Shown here one piece after another: positions 19,954-30,277 of a stretch of DNA of 64,000 nt (position 1 is its first letter; each line of letters begins with the position of its first letter). Origin of the DNA: Candidatus Latescibacterota bacterium. GTDB lineage: Bacteria; Latescibacterota; UBA2968. The position numbers and the translations under genes are program-made. The notes under the pieces were generated by a model. The model was given only the letters and a program-made list of their open reading frames with translations. It was not told the origin of the DNA and searched no databases. The DNA is taken from NCBI GenBank assembly GCA_965207885.1, contig OZ242311.1:4448001-4512000 (forward strand), in the 5' to 3' direction.

Positions 19954-20184
19954 ATGGCGGATCATCTGGAAGAAGTTTATAAAAAATATGTTAAACCTTT
20001 ACCTGCATCAGAGCGTTTACGCTTGTTAGAGATGACGGTTCATGATTTGGCACTTACCGCTCCTCAGGACACCAAAAAACGGAGTATCCTGGAGTTGCGT
20101 GGCTTAGGCAAAGAAATTTGGAAAGGTGTAGATCCTCAAAAGTATGTTGACAGTCTTCGAGAAGAATGGGATCATCGACAGTGA
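19954..20184 (+). CDS. Putative antitoxin
   Basis: Short; C-terminal SILELRGLGKEIWKGVD..YVDSLREEW typical of PIN partners; GTGA overlap with toxin. Confidence 0.75.
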   Translation: MADHLEEVYKKYVKPLPASERLRLLEMTVHDLALTAPQDTKKRSILELRGLGKEIWKGVDPQKYVDSLREEWDHRQ

Positions 20185-20669
20185 TCACACTGGATGACGC
20201 ATTGGCAGATGTGACAATGTTGGGATGCGATACGCCGCTTATCATTTATTTAATCGAAATGCATCCCGAATACGATGTATTGGTTACGGAGATTTTTCGG
20301 AGGATTGAGCAAGGAATCATTACAGGATTTACTTCAGCTATTACCTTGACGGAAGTTTTAACTCAGCCTCTGAAACAAGGACATATTCATCTACAAAAAG
20401 AATATCGCGATTTGTTGCTTCATAGTGCCAACTTTTATATGTTACCTGTCAATATAGAGATAGCCGAGCAAGCCGCTGTTCTTCGAGCGCAGTATGGGTT
20501 ACGTACACCTGATGCACTGCAAGTTGCTGTTGCTAAAACGGCGAACTGCCAGGTCTTTCTGACCAATGATAAAGCTCTTAAACGAGTAGAGGATGTGAAA
20601 GTACTGGTCCTCGATGAATTAGTATTTAAACAAGAAGATGAAGCAGATAAAGGTATGGTAGATGTTTGA
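20181..20669 (+). CDS. PIN-domain (VapC-like) toxin
   Basis: DT..IY..E, TSAITLTEVL, LRTPDALQVA.A, FLTND. Confidence 0.9.
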   Translation: MITLDDALADVTMLGCDTPLIIYLIEMHPEYDVLVTEIFRRIEQGIITGFTSAITLTEVLTQPLKQGHIHLQKEYRDLLLHSANFYMLPVNIEIAEQAAVLRAQYGLRTPDALQVAVAKTANCQVFLTNDKALKRVEDVKVLVLDELVFKQEDEADKGMVDV

Positions 20670-20689
20670 ATGACAATGGTAAAATAGAA

Positions 20690-20725
20690 GAAGCGATTCC
20701 TATTGGGAATCGCCTTTTTTATTTT
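20690..20725 (+). terminator. Rho-independent terminator
   Basis: GCGATTCC-TATTG-GGAATCGC then T-run. Confidence 0.7.
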
Positions 20726-20768
20726 CTCAAATAGAAATACCGAAAACTCAACTCACAAAGGAACGCAC

Positions 20769-21857
20769 ATGTCCAACAACAACATCATTCGCGTCGCCAT
20801 CGGCGGTCAGGGTCGCAGTGGATACAACATCCACGCCAAACAATTGAATCAGATGCCCGACAAATTCAAAATTGTAGCCGTAGCCGACCAATTGCCCGAG
20901 CGCAGGCGCGATGCCCGCGAACAATTTGGAGCCGAAGCTTATGAAGACTGGCAAGACATGATCAAAGCGGGTGGATTTGATCTCTTTGTCAACGCCCTGC
21001 ACCAGCCCCTGCACCCCGTCGCCAGCATTGCCGCTCTCCAGGCGGGTGGCCATGTCGTATGCGAAAAACCCACCTGCAAAACCGTGGCGCAATTCGACGA
21101 CATCGTTCAGACAGCCAGAGACAACAACCGCGTCTTTGCCCCCTTCCAAAACAACCGGTTGCAGCCCTACTTCGACAAAATCCAGGAAATCATCAACTCG
21201 GGCGTCCTGGGCAAAATTGTGTACATCCGATCCTCCTGGGGCGGTTTTTCGCGGCGCTGGGACTGGCAAACCCGTCAGGAAAACTGGGGCGGTGGCCTGC
21301 TCAACACAGGTCCCCATCCCGTCGATCAAGCCCTCTGCCTCTTCGGCTTTGACCGCACCCCCAGCGTCTTTGCCCGAATGGACTGCAACAACCCCTTTGA
21401 TGGCGATGCCGACGATCACTGCACCGTCACATTGTACGACCCCGAACGACAAGCACCCCAAATCGACATCGTCGTGAGCAACTACCTCCATTATCCGCAA
21501 AACGATACCTACACCATTAACGGCACCTATGGCGGTCTCACAGGAGGATCATCAGCACTCAAATGGCGTTATTTTGATCCCGAAAAAGCACCCAAACACG
21601 ACATGTGGACCTGGTCGGTAAACCGACAGTACACCCGCGAAGAACTCGACTGGACCGAAGAAACGTGGACACTCGAAGAGGAAAAGAAAAACAACACCCC
21701 CTCCGTCTCACTCGAAAGCGGTCCCGAACGCTTCTACAACAACATCTACGACGTCCTCAAAAACAACGGCGAACTCCTCATCACCCCCGCGCAAGTACGC
21801 ACACAAATCGCCGTGATAGAAGAATCTCATCGGCAAAATCCGCTTCCGAAAAAATAA
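20769..21857 (+). CDS. Gfo/Idh/MocA oxidoreductase
   Basis: GQGRSG, HVVCEKP, GGGLLNTGPHPVD. Confidence 0.9.
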   Translation: MSNNNIIRVAIGGQGRSGYNIHAKQLNQMPDKFKIVAVADQLPERRRDAREQFGAEAYEDWQDMIKAGGFDLFVNALHQPLHPVASIAALQAGGHVVCEKPTCKTVAQFDDIVQTARDNNRVFAPFQNNRLQPYFDKIQEIINSGVLGKIVYIRSSWGGFSRRWDWQTRQENWGGGLLNTGPHPVDQALCLFGFDRTPSVFARMDCNNPFDGDADDHCTVTLYDPERQAPQIDIVVSNYLHYPQNDTYTINGTYGGLTGGSSALKWRYFDPEKAPKHDMWTWSVNRQYTREELDWTEETWTLEEEKKNNTPSVSLESGPERFYNNIYDVLKNNGELLITPAQVRTQIAVIEESHRQNPLPKK

Positions 21858-21878
21858 AGCACAACAAAGGAAAACCCC

Positions 21879-22730
21879 ATGAGCATCCCCATCTTAGATA
21901 CCCATCAACACCTCATCTATCCGGACAAATACCCCTATTCGTGGACCGATGACCTCGCGCCACTCAAAGGCAATGCCTTCCACATCGAAGACTATTTGAC
22001 CCTCACAAAAGGCAGCGGCATCACGCGCACCATTTTCATGGAAGCCTCGCCCGATGACCCCCACTGGCATGACGAAACGCAATTTGTTTATGAACTATCC
22101 GAACAACCCAATGCCATAATCGAAGGCATCATCGCCAACTGCCGTCCCGAATCCCCCTCTGGATTTGAAGCCTATATCGAATCTGTCCAGCACCCCAAAC
22201 TCGTCGGCTTCCGCCGCATCCTGCACACCATGCCCGACGACCTCTCCCAATCGGATCACTTCGCGGCAAACATCCGACTGCTCGAAAAATACGACCTCAC
22301 CTTCGACCTCTGCTTCCGCGCCGACCAACTACCCATCGCCCGCAACCTCGCGCAAAAATGTCCAGACGTCCAATTCATCCTCGACCACTGCGGCGTGCCG
22401 GATATTGCAAACAGCGAGACAGATCCCTGGCGAGACCACATCGCGCAAATAGCCGCCCTCCCCAATGTCGCATGCAAAATCTCGGGCGTCCTCTCCTATT
22501 GCGCCGAGGGAAATGCCACCACCGGAGCGGTACGCCCTTATGTCGAACACTGCATCGCCAGCTTTGGCTGGAATCGCGTGGTCTGGGGCAGCGACTGGCC
22601 CGTTTGCAACACGCGGTCCGATATCCAAACCTGGGTCCAAACATCGCGCGAAATCGTCGCCAACGCCGACGTGTCGGACCAGGAAAAACTCTTTCACAAA
22701 AACGCAGAACGCATCTATCTGAAAAAATAA
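21879..22730 (+). CDS. Amidohydrolase-family sugar lactonase (L-fuconolactonase-like)
   Basis: DTHQH, ILDHCGVP, CKISG, WGSDWPV. Confidence 0.88.
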   Translation: MSIPILDTHQHLIYPDKYPYSWTDDLAPLKGNAFHIEDYLTLTKGSGITRTIFMEASPDDPHWHDETQFVYELSEQPNAIIEGIIANCRPESPSGFEAYIESVQHPKLVGFRRILHTMPDDLSQSDHFAANIRLLEKYDLTFDLCFRADQLPIARNLAQKCPDVQFILDHCGVPDIANSETDPWRDHIAQIAALPNVACKISGVLSYCAEGNATTGAVRPYVEHCIASFGWNRVVWGSDWPVCNTRSDIQTWVQTSREIVANADVSDQEKLFHKNAERIYLKK

Positions 22731-22786
22731 TAACGGTCCCTCATAGAGAGAGACCGTCTAATCGTGACACATCTCAATTTCTATCT

Positions 22787-23017
22787 CTAACTCTCCTCTC
22801 CCCCATCTGTGCGATCTTGCTCAACCTTCTGAGTATCGGACATCCCGTCCTTTTTACCCATATTATAAGCGCGATATGATGCGGGTATCACCATCGCAGC
22901 CATAATCCCTGCCACAACAGCAGGCGATATATTAATATCCATAATAAACCGCAGTACGACTACAGCCACCAAACCAGATGCGATATATCCGATTCCCACT
23001 CCAATAGCCTTATACAT
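22787..23017 (-). CDS. Small 2-TM membrane protein
   Basis: AGGAGG RBS; two hydrophobic segments. Confidence 0.7.
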   Translation of the reverse strand: MYKAIGVGIGYIASGLVAVVVLRFIMDINISPAVVAGIMAAMVIPASYRAYNMGKKDGMSDTQKVEQDRTDGGEES

Positions 23018-23029
23018 AATCCCTCCTAT

Positions 23030-23827
23030 TTAACCAACACGCGCGCTCAACCCCCCATCCACCGGGAGTAAAATGCCCGTAATATACTTCGCCTCATCTG
23101 AAGCGAGAAACACCGCAGCGGCAGCCACATCCCACGCCGACCCCATTTTTTGTTCAAGGGGCACCTGTGCAGCGCGCTCATGGCGAAGCGCATCCCGGTT
23201 GACACCCTGATCTTGAACGCGGGATTCAATCGCCATCGGCGTATCCATCAAACCGGGCAAAATCGCATTTACGCGCACGCCATAAGGCGCGTTTTCAAGC
23301 GCGAGATTCTGCGTAAGTGCATTGATCCCCGCCTTGGCAATTTTGTACGCAAGCGTCCTGGGGCGAAAACACATAGCTGCCGTAGAAGAAATATTGACGA
23401 TAACACCACTTCTCTGTGCACGCATAACGGGAAGCACATATTTACAGGTAAGAAACAGCCCCTTGAGATTGATATCCATAAGTCGCTGCCAGCCTTCACC
23501 ACTCAAGTCAACAGAACCACCGTCACCCCTCAGCGTGCCGACATTATTGTGCAAAACATCGATACGCCCATAGCGCTGGCCACAAGTCTCGGCAATAGCC
23601 CGACAATCATGTTCAATTGTAATATCTGCGCCGAGCACCGACGCGCTCCCATTCTCCTGTGCAATCATCCGCGCAGTCTCTTCGGCAGACGCGACGTCTT
23701 TATCCACCAGAAGCACCTGCGCACCCGCTCTGGCAAAGCGAATAGCCGTTGCCCGCCCATTCCCAATAGTCTCGCCCGCTGACTGCCCTGCGCCAACAAC
23801 AATCGCTATTTTATTTTTAAGCTGCAT
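23030..23827 (-). CDS. SDR-family oxidoreductase
   Basis: VVGAG..IG.G, NNVG, NISS, YKIAK, NAILPG. Confidence 0.92.
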   Translation of the reverse strand: MQLKNKIAIVVGAGQSAGETIGNGRATAIRFARAGAQVLLVDKDVASAEETARMIAQENGSASVLGADITIEHDCRAIAETCGQRYGRIDVLHNNVGTLRGDGGSVDLSGEGWQRLMDINLKGLFLTCKYVLPVMRAQRSGVIVNISSTAAMCFRPRTLAYKIAKAGINALTQNLALENAPYGVRVNAILPGLMDTPMAIESRVQDQGVNRDALRHERAAQVPLEQKMGSAWDVAAAAVFLASDEAKYITGILLPVDGGLSARVG

Positions 23828-23833
23828 ATACCC

Positions 23834-25060
23834 TTACTCTCCCGCACACGCATGCACAATATCCGATTGCATATTGACAAACGTATTCCCCTCAATCACC
23901 GTTCCGCGTGCTTCGCGCTCAATCGCAATCCCCACCTTCTGCTTTTCTCCTCCCGAATCCTCAATCCGATTATCTCGAATCTCCACATCGTACGTCGTAC
24001 CGCGAATCTCAATCCCATACCCATTCTCGGCAAAACCATTATCGCGGATCACACACGAATGAATCGCATTTCTGTGCGCCCCTCGAAACTCGGATAACGG
24101 CGTCCGGAACAAGATCCCAACCTTGTGATTGCCAGCGATCTCGCAATTGACAATCCGGTTATCCGTATCTCTGTGCCCAATTGAAATGCCAAAATCCCGG
24201 TTGTCCAAACACGCGCAATCCTCGGCAATGCCATCCGACACACCCCAACAAAAGAAAATACCCTGACTATTGCCCGTTGACCGGCAATTGAGAAACTGCG
24301 GCCGCTGCGATCCACTACCCGGATGAAATCCCAGATTGGCATTGTTCTCCGACACACAATTTTCAAAAACAAAATCATCGCAAACCTGAAAACTGAACCC
24401 ATCGCCATTGTAATTGCGCGCCATCACATTCCGAAAAGTATAGCGGTGGCAGCGCTGCAAAAACACCGCACCCGAATAATTCCCATTAATCTCTTCATTC
24501 TCCTCTTTGTTGCCATCCAGAACGATATTCTCAATCGCAACATCGCAAACCCCCTCCTCCGCCGTCAAAATGGGAAAAATCGTCGCCAGCGTCGCCCGTT
24601 CATCCAGCCACATATTTTTGTACACGCGCTTACTAAGCGAAATCACCCGTCCCTCAATCGCCGTCACAGTATCTTTCACCACCGTCATCCCGGACTTGCC
24701 ATAAGACCGCAACATCACCCCGCATCCCACGCCAAACCCACGAGCATCTTCCACCTCGACCCGCGCCTCATACCAATCGGAATCCCGCACCAAAGGGATA
24801 ACAACATCCGCAGCCTTCTTCAAAACCGTTGCACTACCCGACCCGCGTACAGTCAAATTTGGATGCAGATAAAGCGCGTTCTGCATCGTATATATCCCCG
24901 GCAAAATCTGCAAAATACCACCACCCAGGCGGTGCAAATAATCTGCACCAGCTTGCAAAACCCGATCATCGCCCCCCTGCAAATCCCCCTCGCCCTGCCC
25001 CACTGTCAACACCATCTCCCGCCGCTCTGTCATAGGCCGATTAGCAGAAAAATCCGACAT
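23834..25060 (-). CDS. Right-handed parallel beta-helix protein (pectin-lyase fold)
   Basis: LQAG.D..GGG.LQILPG.Y; repeated N/G-ladder strands. Confidence 0.8.
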   Translation of the reverse strand: MSDFSANRPMTERREMVLTVGQGEGDLQGGDDRVLQAGADYLHRLGGGILQILPGIYTMQNALYLHPNLTVRGSGSATVLKKAADVVIPLVRDSDWYEARVEVEDARGFGVGCGVMLRSYGKSGMTVVKDTVTAIEGRVISLSKRVYKNMWLDERATLATIFPILTAEEGVCDVAIENIVLDGNKEENEEINGNYSGAVFLQRCHRYTFRNVMARNYNGDGFSFQVCDDFVFENCVSENNANLGFHPGSGSQRPQFLNCRSTGNSQGIFFCWGVSDGIAEDCACLDNRDFGISIGHRDTDNRIVNCEIAGNHKVGILFRTPLSEFRGAHRNAIHSCVIRDNGFAENGYGIEIRGTTYDVEIRDNRIEDSGGEKQKVGIAIEREARGTVIEGNTFVNMQSDIVHACAGE

Positions 25061-25167
25061 ATCAACGCTCTTTTCTATTTTTGTCGTGTGCCTGAGTCAA
25101 TCTCAAAATTCTCCGCATCCGAACTCATGTTAGGGACTCTCCTACATGGCATCCAGTCCCTGGAGCT

Positions 25168-27681
25168 TCAACGGGTCGGCTGATAGTTTGTCAAGTTACC
25201 CGCGGGTATGCCCCCATAATCCTCCACCCGTTTGTTGTCCCGATCGCTCTCGTGATGCGGAGGCGTGTACGTTAGCATCACATCTTGAGCCGTGAAGGTC
25301 GCCCCTGCCTGACCCGTCCAACTCAGGTCTATTGTCACCGTGTTCCTGTCATTGGCGAGGTAATTTTCTCTTTGAGGACGGACGCCTTCGATCATTATCG
25401 CACCCTGCACACCCTGTATCGAGACCGCGTAGGCGTCAGAAGGGACCTCTGTGATCGGGTTCAGTTTCTCGTTGTAGATCAACTTTAGTTCCCCAGTATA
25501 AGAGCCTGCGCTTATCTCCTCTGTTTCCAGCCTCATTCCTATTAGCGTTGGCGGTGTTCGGTCTGGTGGCAGAAAATTTGGCAGTGGCGTGTTGCGAATC
25601 GTTTCCCATTCCGTGCGAAGGGCTTTGAGCCAATCCGGGATGGCGCCGAGCCGCAGTTCGAGTTGTGCGTCGAAAAGCGATTCTGGCGCAACCGCACTGC
25701 CCTGGGATTCGTTAAGCTGGACAGTGTTTTCATCAATGGTGGCTGGATTGCCGTGCAATCCGATGATGATGGGTTTTATCACGACGCGGCCAGTCCCATT
25801 CCAAAAATTGTAATTTGGCGTACCTTCTCCCTGATGAAAATTATAGGCCACAAAATGTCCGAGGTGATGAGGGCAATTCCGTGAGCAGACACCGCTGCTG
25901 CCACTCAGGTTGCCTCCCTTGGCGCGATCAAACAGGGTAGCAATAGGTTCTCCGCTTTTTTGAGCGTGAAAATCAAGTGACGCGGGATAATCATAACGAT
26001 AATACACGTTTCCAGAGCGTGGTCCCTGTATATTTGGACCGTGTTGATGTCCTGCGAGGTCTTCTGAAAGACCGATCCACGAGTGGTCCGTGCTCCCCAA
26101 GAAAGCAAAATGACCCTTATTTCCCGCCAGTGTGACGTGATAAACCGACATGGCTGATCCATTAATGCCCAGTGCAATACTGGTGTTGATAAACGAGACG
26201 CGCCGAACCCAGGAATTGACACAGCCACTGAATTGGAGCATATACCAGCTATAATCGTGAATATAATTCTTATGATGGACAAAATCACCTGTCCACGATC
26301 CATGAAAACTGATGTCTTCAACGCCAACTTCCTCAAGGAACTTGTATTCGTGTACCTTCCAATTATAGTTGCTGTTGACATTGGCGTGCAGGGGTTCATG
26401 AAAGCGCATCCGATTGTTTTGGATTTCAGCAATGCGGTGCGTTTCATCCACGACAGCCCCCCTATCACCACTAATTTCCCAATTGGAACGTGGTGTGAAC
26501 CCGCCCATAAAATCAGCGACTGCCGCCTTGTCTTCCAGCTTCAGTGTAACCCAATCACCCACTTTAAACATGGAAGCATCTGCGACTGTGATCCAAAAGG
26601 TTTCGCGGGTAGCATTTTCTGTAACAGAGGTGCTTGTTCTCGAGTTGCCCCTATACCTGAACCGAAACATGGCAGGCCAACCCCGGCCAGAGTAGTTTTC
26701 GTACATGCTGTTCACCTGCCGGATGACTGTGCCTCCGGCTCGGCTGCCGCTTCCTCTGAGGACGATATTGCTGTTGCGAATCACGATGGGTGTGAACACA
26801 CCCGCTTCGGTTGTATCGGCATCGGTATTGACGAGAAATTCACCTGGTGGAAAGAAGATAATGCCGCTACCGTTCTGTTCCGCAGCAGCAATAGCAGCTA
26901 TAATGGCGGCCTGGTCAGACTGATCATCACCGGGGATGGCACCATAAGTTGTGACATCATATATCGGTGCCATAATTTCATTGCTATGAGGAACGGGTTG
27001 GTTGGCGTTGTGATAGCCCGCGTAGGAAAAATCGGGTAGGATAGGTTCTGTCCCATTCTCTTTGGCCTCCACAAATTGTCGATAGGTACTCGAGGTCTGT
27101 GGGGAACGGACACTGATCCTCACCGCGATGCTGTCAGTACCTCCATGACCATCGCGTACGTTCACCGTCACCGAGTAAACACGCCTGATTTCGTAATCGT
27201 AAGAGACCCCTTCCCGTGTCAGAAGTTGACCGTTGTCTGGGACAATTGTGAAGGCACTCGCATCCGGTCCTCTCAGGCTGTATGTGAGGGCGTGATTATC
27301 GGCATCGGTGGCAGAAATAGGTTTGCCGATAGGCGTTTCTGCCGAGGAGTTCTCATCCACTGAGCGTATAACAGGAGACGCGAAGGAGAATACCGGCACC
27401 TGATTTACCGCTTTGCCAAAGCTACTGGCAAAGATCAGAAAATCGTCAAATCCAATCGTGCCATCGCCAGTTAGATCGTATCTTGCCTCATACTTCGTTT
27501 GCCCCTCCTGAGATCCAAACGCCCCTACAAACAGCAAAAAGTCGGGAAAATCGACAATCCCACTCCCGTCAAAGTCGGGGGAAGGTTCCGCAGCGAGAGA
27601 TAAGGGATGACTCAACAGAGCGGTGAGTATAATAGCAAAACTCAAAGCATATGTTGATCGCACGTGAAGCAGCCTGGACAT
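25168..27681 (-). CDS. Secreted protein: dockerin/EF-hand pair + cadherin + DUF4955-like beta-helix domain + C-terminal Ig-like domain
   Basis: Signal peptide; DFDGSGIVDFPDFLLF..YDLTGDGTIGFDDF; cadherin ATDAD..YDYE; LPDFSYAGY; PESLFDAQL. Confidence 0.75.
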   Translation of the reverse strand: MSRLLHVRSTYALSFAIILTALLSHPLSLAAEPSPDFDGSGIVDFPDFLLFVGAFGSQEGQTKYEARYDLTGDGTIGFDDFLIFASSFGKAVNQVPVFSFASPVIRSVDENSSAETPIGKPISATDADNHALTYSLRGPDASAFTIVPDNGQLLTREGVSYDYEIRRVYSVTVNVRDGHGGTDSIAVRISVRSPQTSSTYRQFVEAKENGTEPILPDFSYAGYHNANQPVPHSNEIMAPIYDVTTYGAIPGDDQSDQAAIIAAIAAAEQNGSGIIFFPPGEFLVNTDADTTEAGVFTPIVIRNSNIVLRGSGSRAGGTVIRQVNSMYENYSGRGWPAMFRFRYRGNSRTSTSVTENATRETFWITVADASMFKVGDWVTLKLEDKAAVADFMGGFTPRSNWEISGDRGAVVDETHRIAEIQNNRMRFHEPLHANVNSNYNWKVHEYKFLEEVGVEDISFHGSWTGDFVHHKNYIHDYSWYMLQFSGCVNSWVRRVSFINTSIALGINGSAMSVYHVTLAGNKGHFAFLGSTDHSWIGLSEDLAGHQHGPNIQGPRSGNVYYRYDYPASLDFHAQKSGEPIATLFDRAKGGNLSGSSGVCSRNCPHHLGHFVAYNFHQGEGTPNYNFWNGTGRVVIKPIIIGLHGNPATIDENTVQLNESQGSAVAPESLFDAQLELRLGAIPDWLKALRTEWETIRNTPLPNFLPPDRTPPTLIGMRLETEEISAGSYTGELKLIYNEKLNPITEVPSDAYAVSIQGVQGAIMIEGVRPQRENYLANDRNTVTIDLSWTGQAGATFTAQDVMLTYTPPHHESDRDNKRVEDYGGIPAGNLTNYQPTR

Positions 27682-27731
27682 GTTGAACTTTCCACAAAAG
27701 GCAGTCGTCAATCTTTTGACGGCGTAAACCT

Positions 27732-28559
27732 TTACACCTGAGCACTGACCTTATGCACCTTCAAATTCGCATATTCGCCAATCAAAGGTGCCATCTGTCG
27801 AAAACCGATCTTGCCATCGCCCAACAAAGGCCCATACGTCTGACCATCATCAAACCAGTGGAAAATCTTCAAATCGCGAATATAAAAAACAACCTCAGCA
27901 CCGCATTTGATCAGCGTAATCGGGTATGGCGGTCTGGCATCGACAACAGAAGGCAGGGGATCAGCTCCCTGACTGACCATGTGAAAACCATAACTCTTGC
28001 GCAAATTGCAAACCTGAAAAGCGCGTTCTTTGAGTGCCTTCCGCCGAAAATAAGACACGTGCAACGCATTGATATCGCTGCTGTGATACTGCTTGTATTC
28101 GCCAGCCCGAGGCACCAATGACGAATCAAATATATCTTCACCGCCTCGTCCCAAAGCAGAAAAAAACAGAATGCACAACCCCGGCTCGCGCACCGGCCAA
28201 AAATCCCACGTCACGGCAATATCCGCTGGAAAATCTTCGGGACACCAAAAAACAAAATTTGCCGCCTGCCCTTCCCCGGGATCGCGGCGATTTTCCATTC
28301 GCATGCGACCATTTGGAAAGGTCACTTCGGCATCCCCCTCCAGCCGAAACCCTTCAATATCTGACGCGGAAGACAGCGGATTGTCATAAAGCAATTCGCC
28401 AAATTCAAAATTATCCATAACACCTCTCCTGATGCGTTGACGTATCGGGTTCTTCGCCGCATGGACAGCCTGTCTCAAAAACAGCGGCGCACCGCCAAAA
28501 GATACTGAAAACAACGCCATCTTGCTGCATTTTATGAACGCCCTGCGAGTCCATTCCAT
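27732..28559 (-). CDS. YesU/DUF1961-like protein, with an in-frame Tat-signal extension (alternative start 28418)
   Basis: ANFVFWCP..FP, HVSYFRR, NLRKS.GF, GKIGFRQM; two RBS-ATG pairs. Confidence 0.75.
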   Translation of the reverse strand: MEWTRRAFIKCSKMALFSVSFGGAPLFLRQAVHAAKNPIRQRIRRGVMDNFEFGELLYDNPLSSASDIEGFRLEGDAEVTFPNGRMRMENRRDPGEGQAANFVFWCPEDFPADIAVTWDFWPVREPGLCILFFSALGRGGEDIFDSSLVPRAGEYKQYHSSDINALHVSYFRRKALKERAFQVCNLRKSYGFHMVSQGADPLPSVVDARPPYPITLIKCGAEVVFYIRDLKIFHWFDDGQTYGPLLGDGKIGFRQMAPLIGEYANLKVHKVSAQV

Positions 28560-28575
28560 CACTTTAGTCTCCTGT

Positions 28576-30213
28576 TCACTTTGGAAGCGAGATTTTGCGA
28601 AGCGATTCCCATTCTGCACGCAACGTATTCAGCCAGATGGGCAGCTTTCCAAGACGCAACGCGAGTTGAGCCTCAAAAAGAGATTCCGGCTCAACCGGGC
28701 TACCATTGGATTCCAGAACCTCAAGCGCACTTTCATTGAAAGTGGCGGGATTGCCGTGAAATCCCACAACAATCGGATGCAAAAATCGGAGATACCCCTG
28801 CCAAAAATCGTAGCGCGTATCATCCCCCCCGTGGTTGAAATTCCAGAACACAAGACGCCTGAGATGATGCGGCTGAACGCCGGCACCACTGCTGCCATAT
28901 AGCCTGCCATTATTCACGCGATCGTACAAATTGGCATAACTCGGTTTGGTCTTATGGATATCGAGCGACTGTTTGGACCCCATATCAAAGCGATAGACCA
29001 CATTGCCTGTCGTGCTATGGCTCATACCCACGCCATGTAACTGGCTTGCAAGGTCTTCCGACAGACCCACCCATATCCCATAACTGCCCTGACTCTTAAT
29101 CGCATAATGCCCCTTATTACCTGCCACCGTAACTTGATAAACAGATACGGCTGCACTGCTGAGTATATCAAGAGCACAACTGACATTGACAAAAGAGATG
29201 CGCCGAACCCACGAATTGACACATCGGTTAAATTCGACCAAACTATAGCCCCCATCGTGGATGGCATTTTTGTGATGGACAAATTTCTCCAAAAACGAAC
29301 CGTGAAAACTAATGTCTTCAACGCCGACTTCCTCGAGATGTGGATAGACACGCACACGCCATTTATGTGCGGAATTGACATGCGCGTGCAGGGGTTCATT
29401 GAGGCGAATGCGATTGCCCTGAATCTCGGCAATACTGTGTTCTTCATCAATGGTAATCCCCTCGTCGAACAGTTTTTTCCAGCGTCTTTCAGGTGAACGC
29501 GGAGCCAGGAACTCATCAATTGCCTCGGGACTCCTCATATAGACCTTGACCCACTGACCAACTTCAAGCCTGGAAGCATCTGCCACTGTAATCCAAAACG
29601 TCTCTCTATCTGCACTCTCTGTAATACGCGTTATATTTGGAGAGCGTGTCGTGCTGGGTTTAAAAATGAACATATAGGGCGTTGAAAACAGTTGATTGGG
29701 ATTTCTTGGAGGCAGATGGGTAACCTGTCGAATGACCGTCCCTCCCCCTCGGCTACCGCTGCCTCTCAGAACAATATGGCTGCTATGGATATAGATAGGC
29801 TCATTGTCATCAGCATCTGTATTGACGAGAAATTCACCCGGCGGGAAAAAGACAATGCCCCTGCCATTGGCCTCTGCTGCGGCAATGGCTGCCTGTATAG
29901 CCTTCTGGTCAGACAGATCATCATTGGGGATTGCACCATACTTTGTGACATCGAAAATGGGATGTGCGACATCGGGAACAGGCTTGTTGAAGTAGTGATA
30001 TCCCGCGTAGGAAAAATCAGGTAAGATAGGTTCTGTCTCCTTCTCTTTGGCTTCCACAAACTGTTGATAAGTAGTCGAGATGCGTGGCGTTCCCGCTGGA
30101 ATGGCAACATCTCGGTCTCCTTCTGAACCATCCATCAGAGATGGAATCAACAGCAAGATAACTGCAAAGATCCAAACACAGGCGAAACGCCTGCGATGTA
30201 GCAACTCGGGCAT
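28576..30213 (-). CDS. Secreted DUF4955-like beta-helix protein (putative polysaccharide lyase), paralog of 25168-27681
   Basis: Signal peptide; LPDFSYAGYH, FFPPGEFL, PESLFEAQL; GGAGGAG RBS. Confidence 0.75.
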   Translation of the reverse strand: MPELLHRRRFACVWIFAVILLLIPSLMDGSEGDRDVAIPAGTPRISTTYQQFVEAKEKETEPILPDFSYAGYHYFNKPVPDVAHPIFDVTKYGAIPNDDLSDQKAIQAAIAAAEANGRGIVFFPPGEFLVNTDADDNEPIYIHSSHIVLRGSGSRGGGTVIRQVTHLPPRNPNQLFSTPYMFIFKPSTTRSPNITRITESADRETFWITVADASRLEVGQWVKVYMRSPEAIDEFLAPRSPERRWKKLFDEGITIDEEHSIAEIQGNRIRLNEPLHAHVNSAHKWRVRVYPHLEEVGVEDISFHGSFLEKFVHHKNAIHDGGYSLVEFNRCVNSWVRRISFVNVSCALDILSSAAVSVYQVTVAGNKGHYAIKSQGSYGIWVGLSEDLASQLHGVGMSHSTTGNVVYRFDMGSKQSLDIHKTKPSYANLYDRVNNGRLYGSSGAGVQPHHLRRLVFWNFNHGGDDTRYDFWQGYLRFLHPIVVGFHGNPATFNESALEVLESNGSPVEPESLFEAQLALRLGKLPIWLNTLRAEWESLRKISLPK

Positions 30214-30277
30214 ATTGTACTCCTCCCGTAGATAAAATCAGCCATCAATCTAAGTCCAATGCTCGCTGGAACATCTA

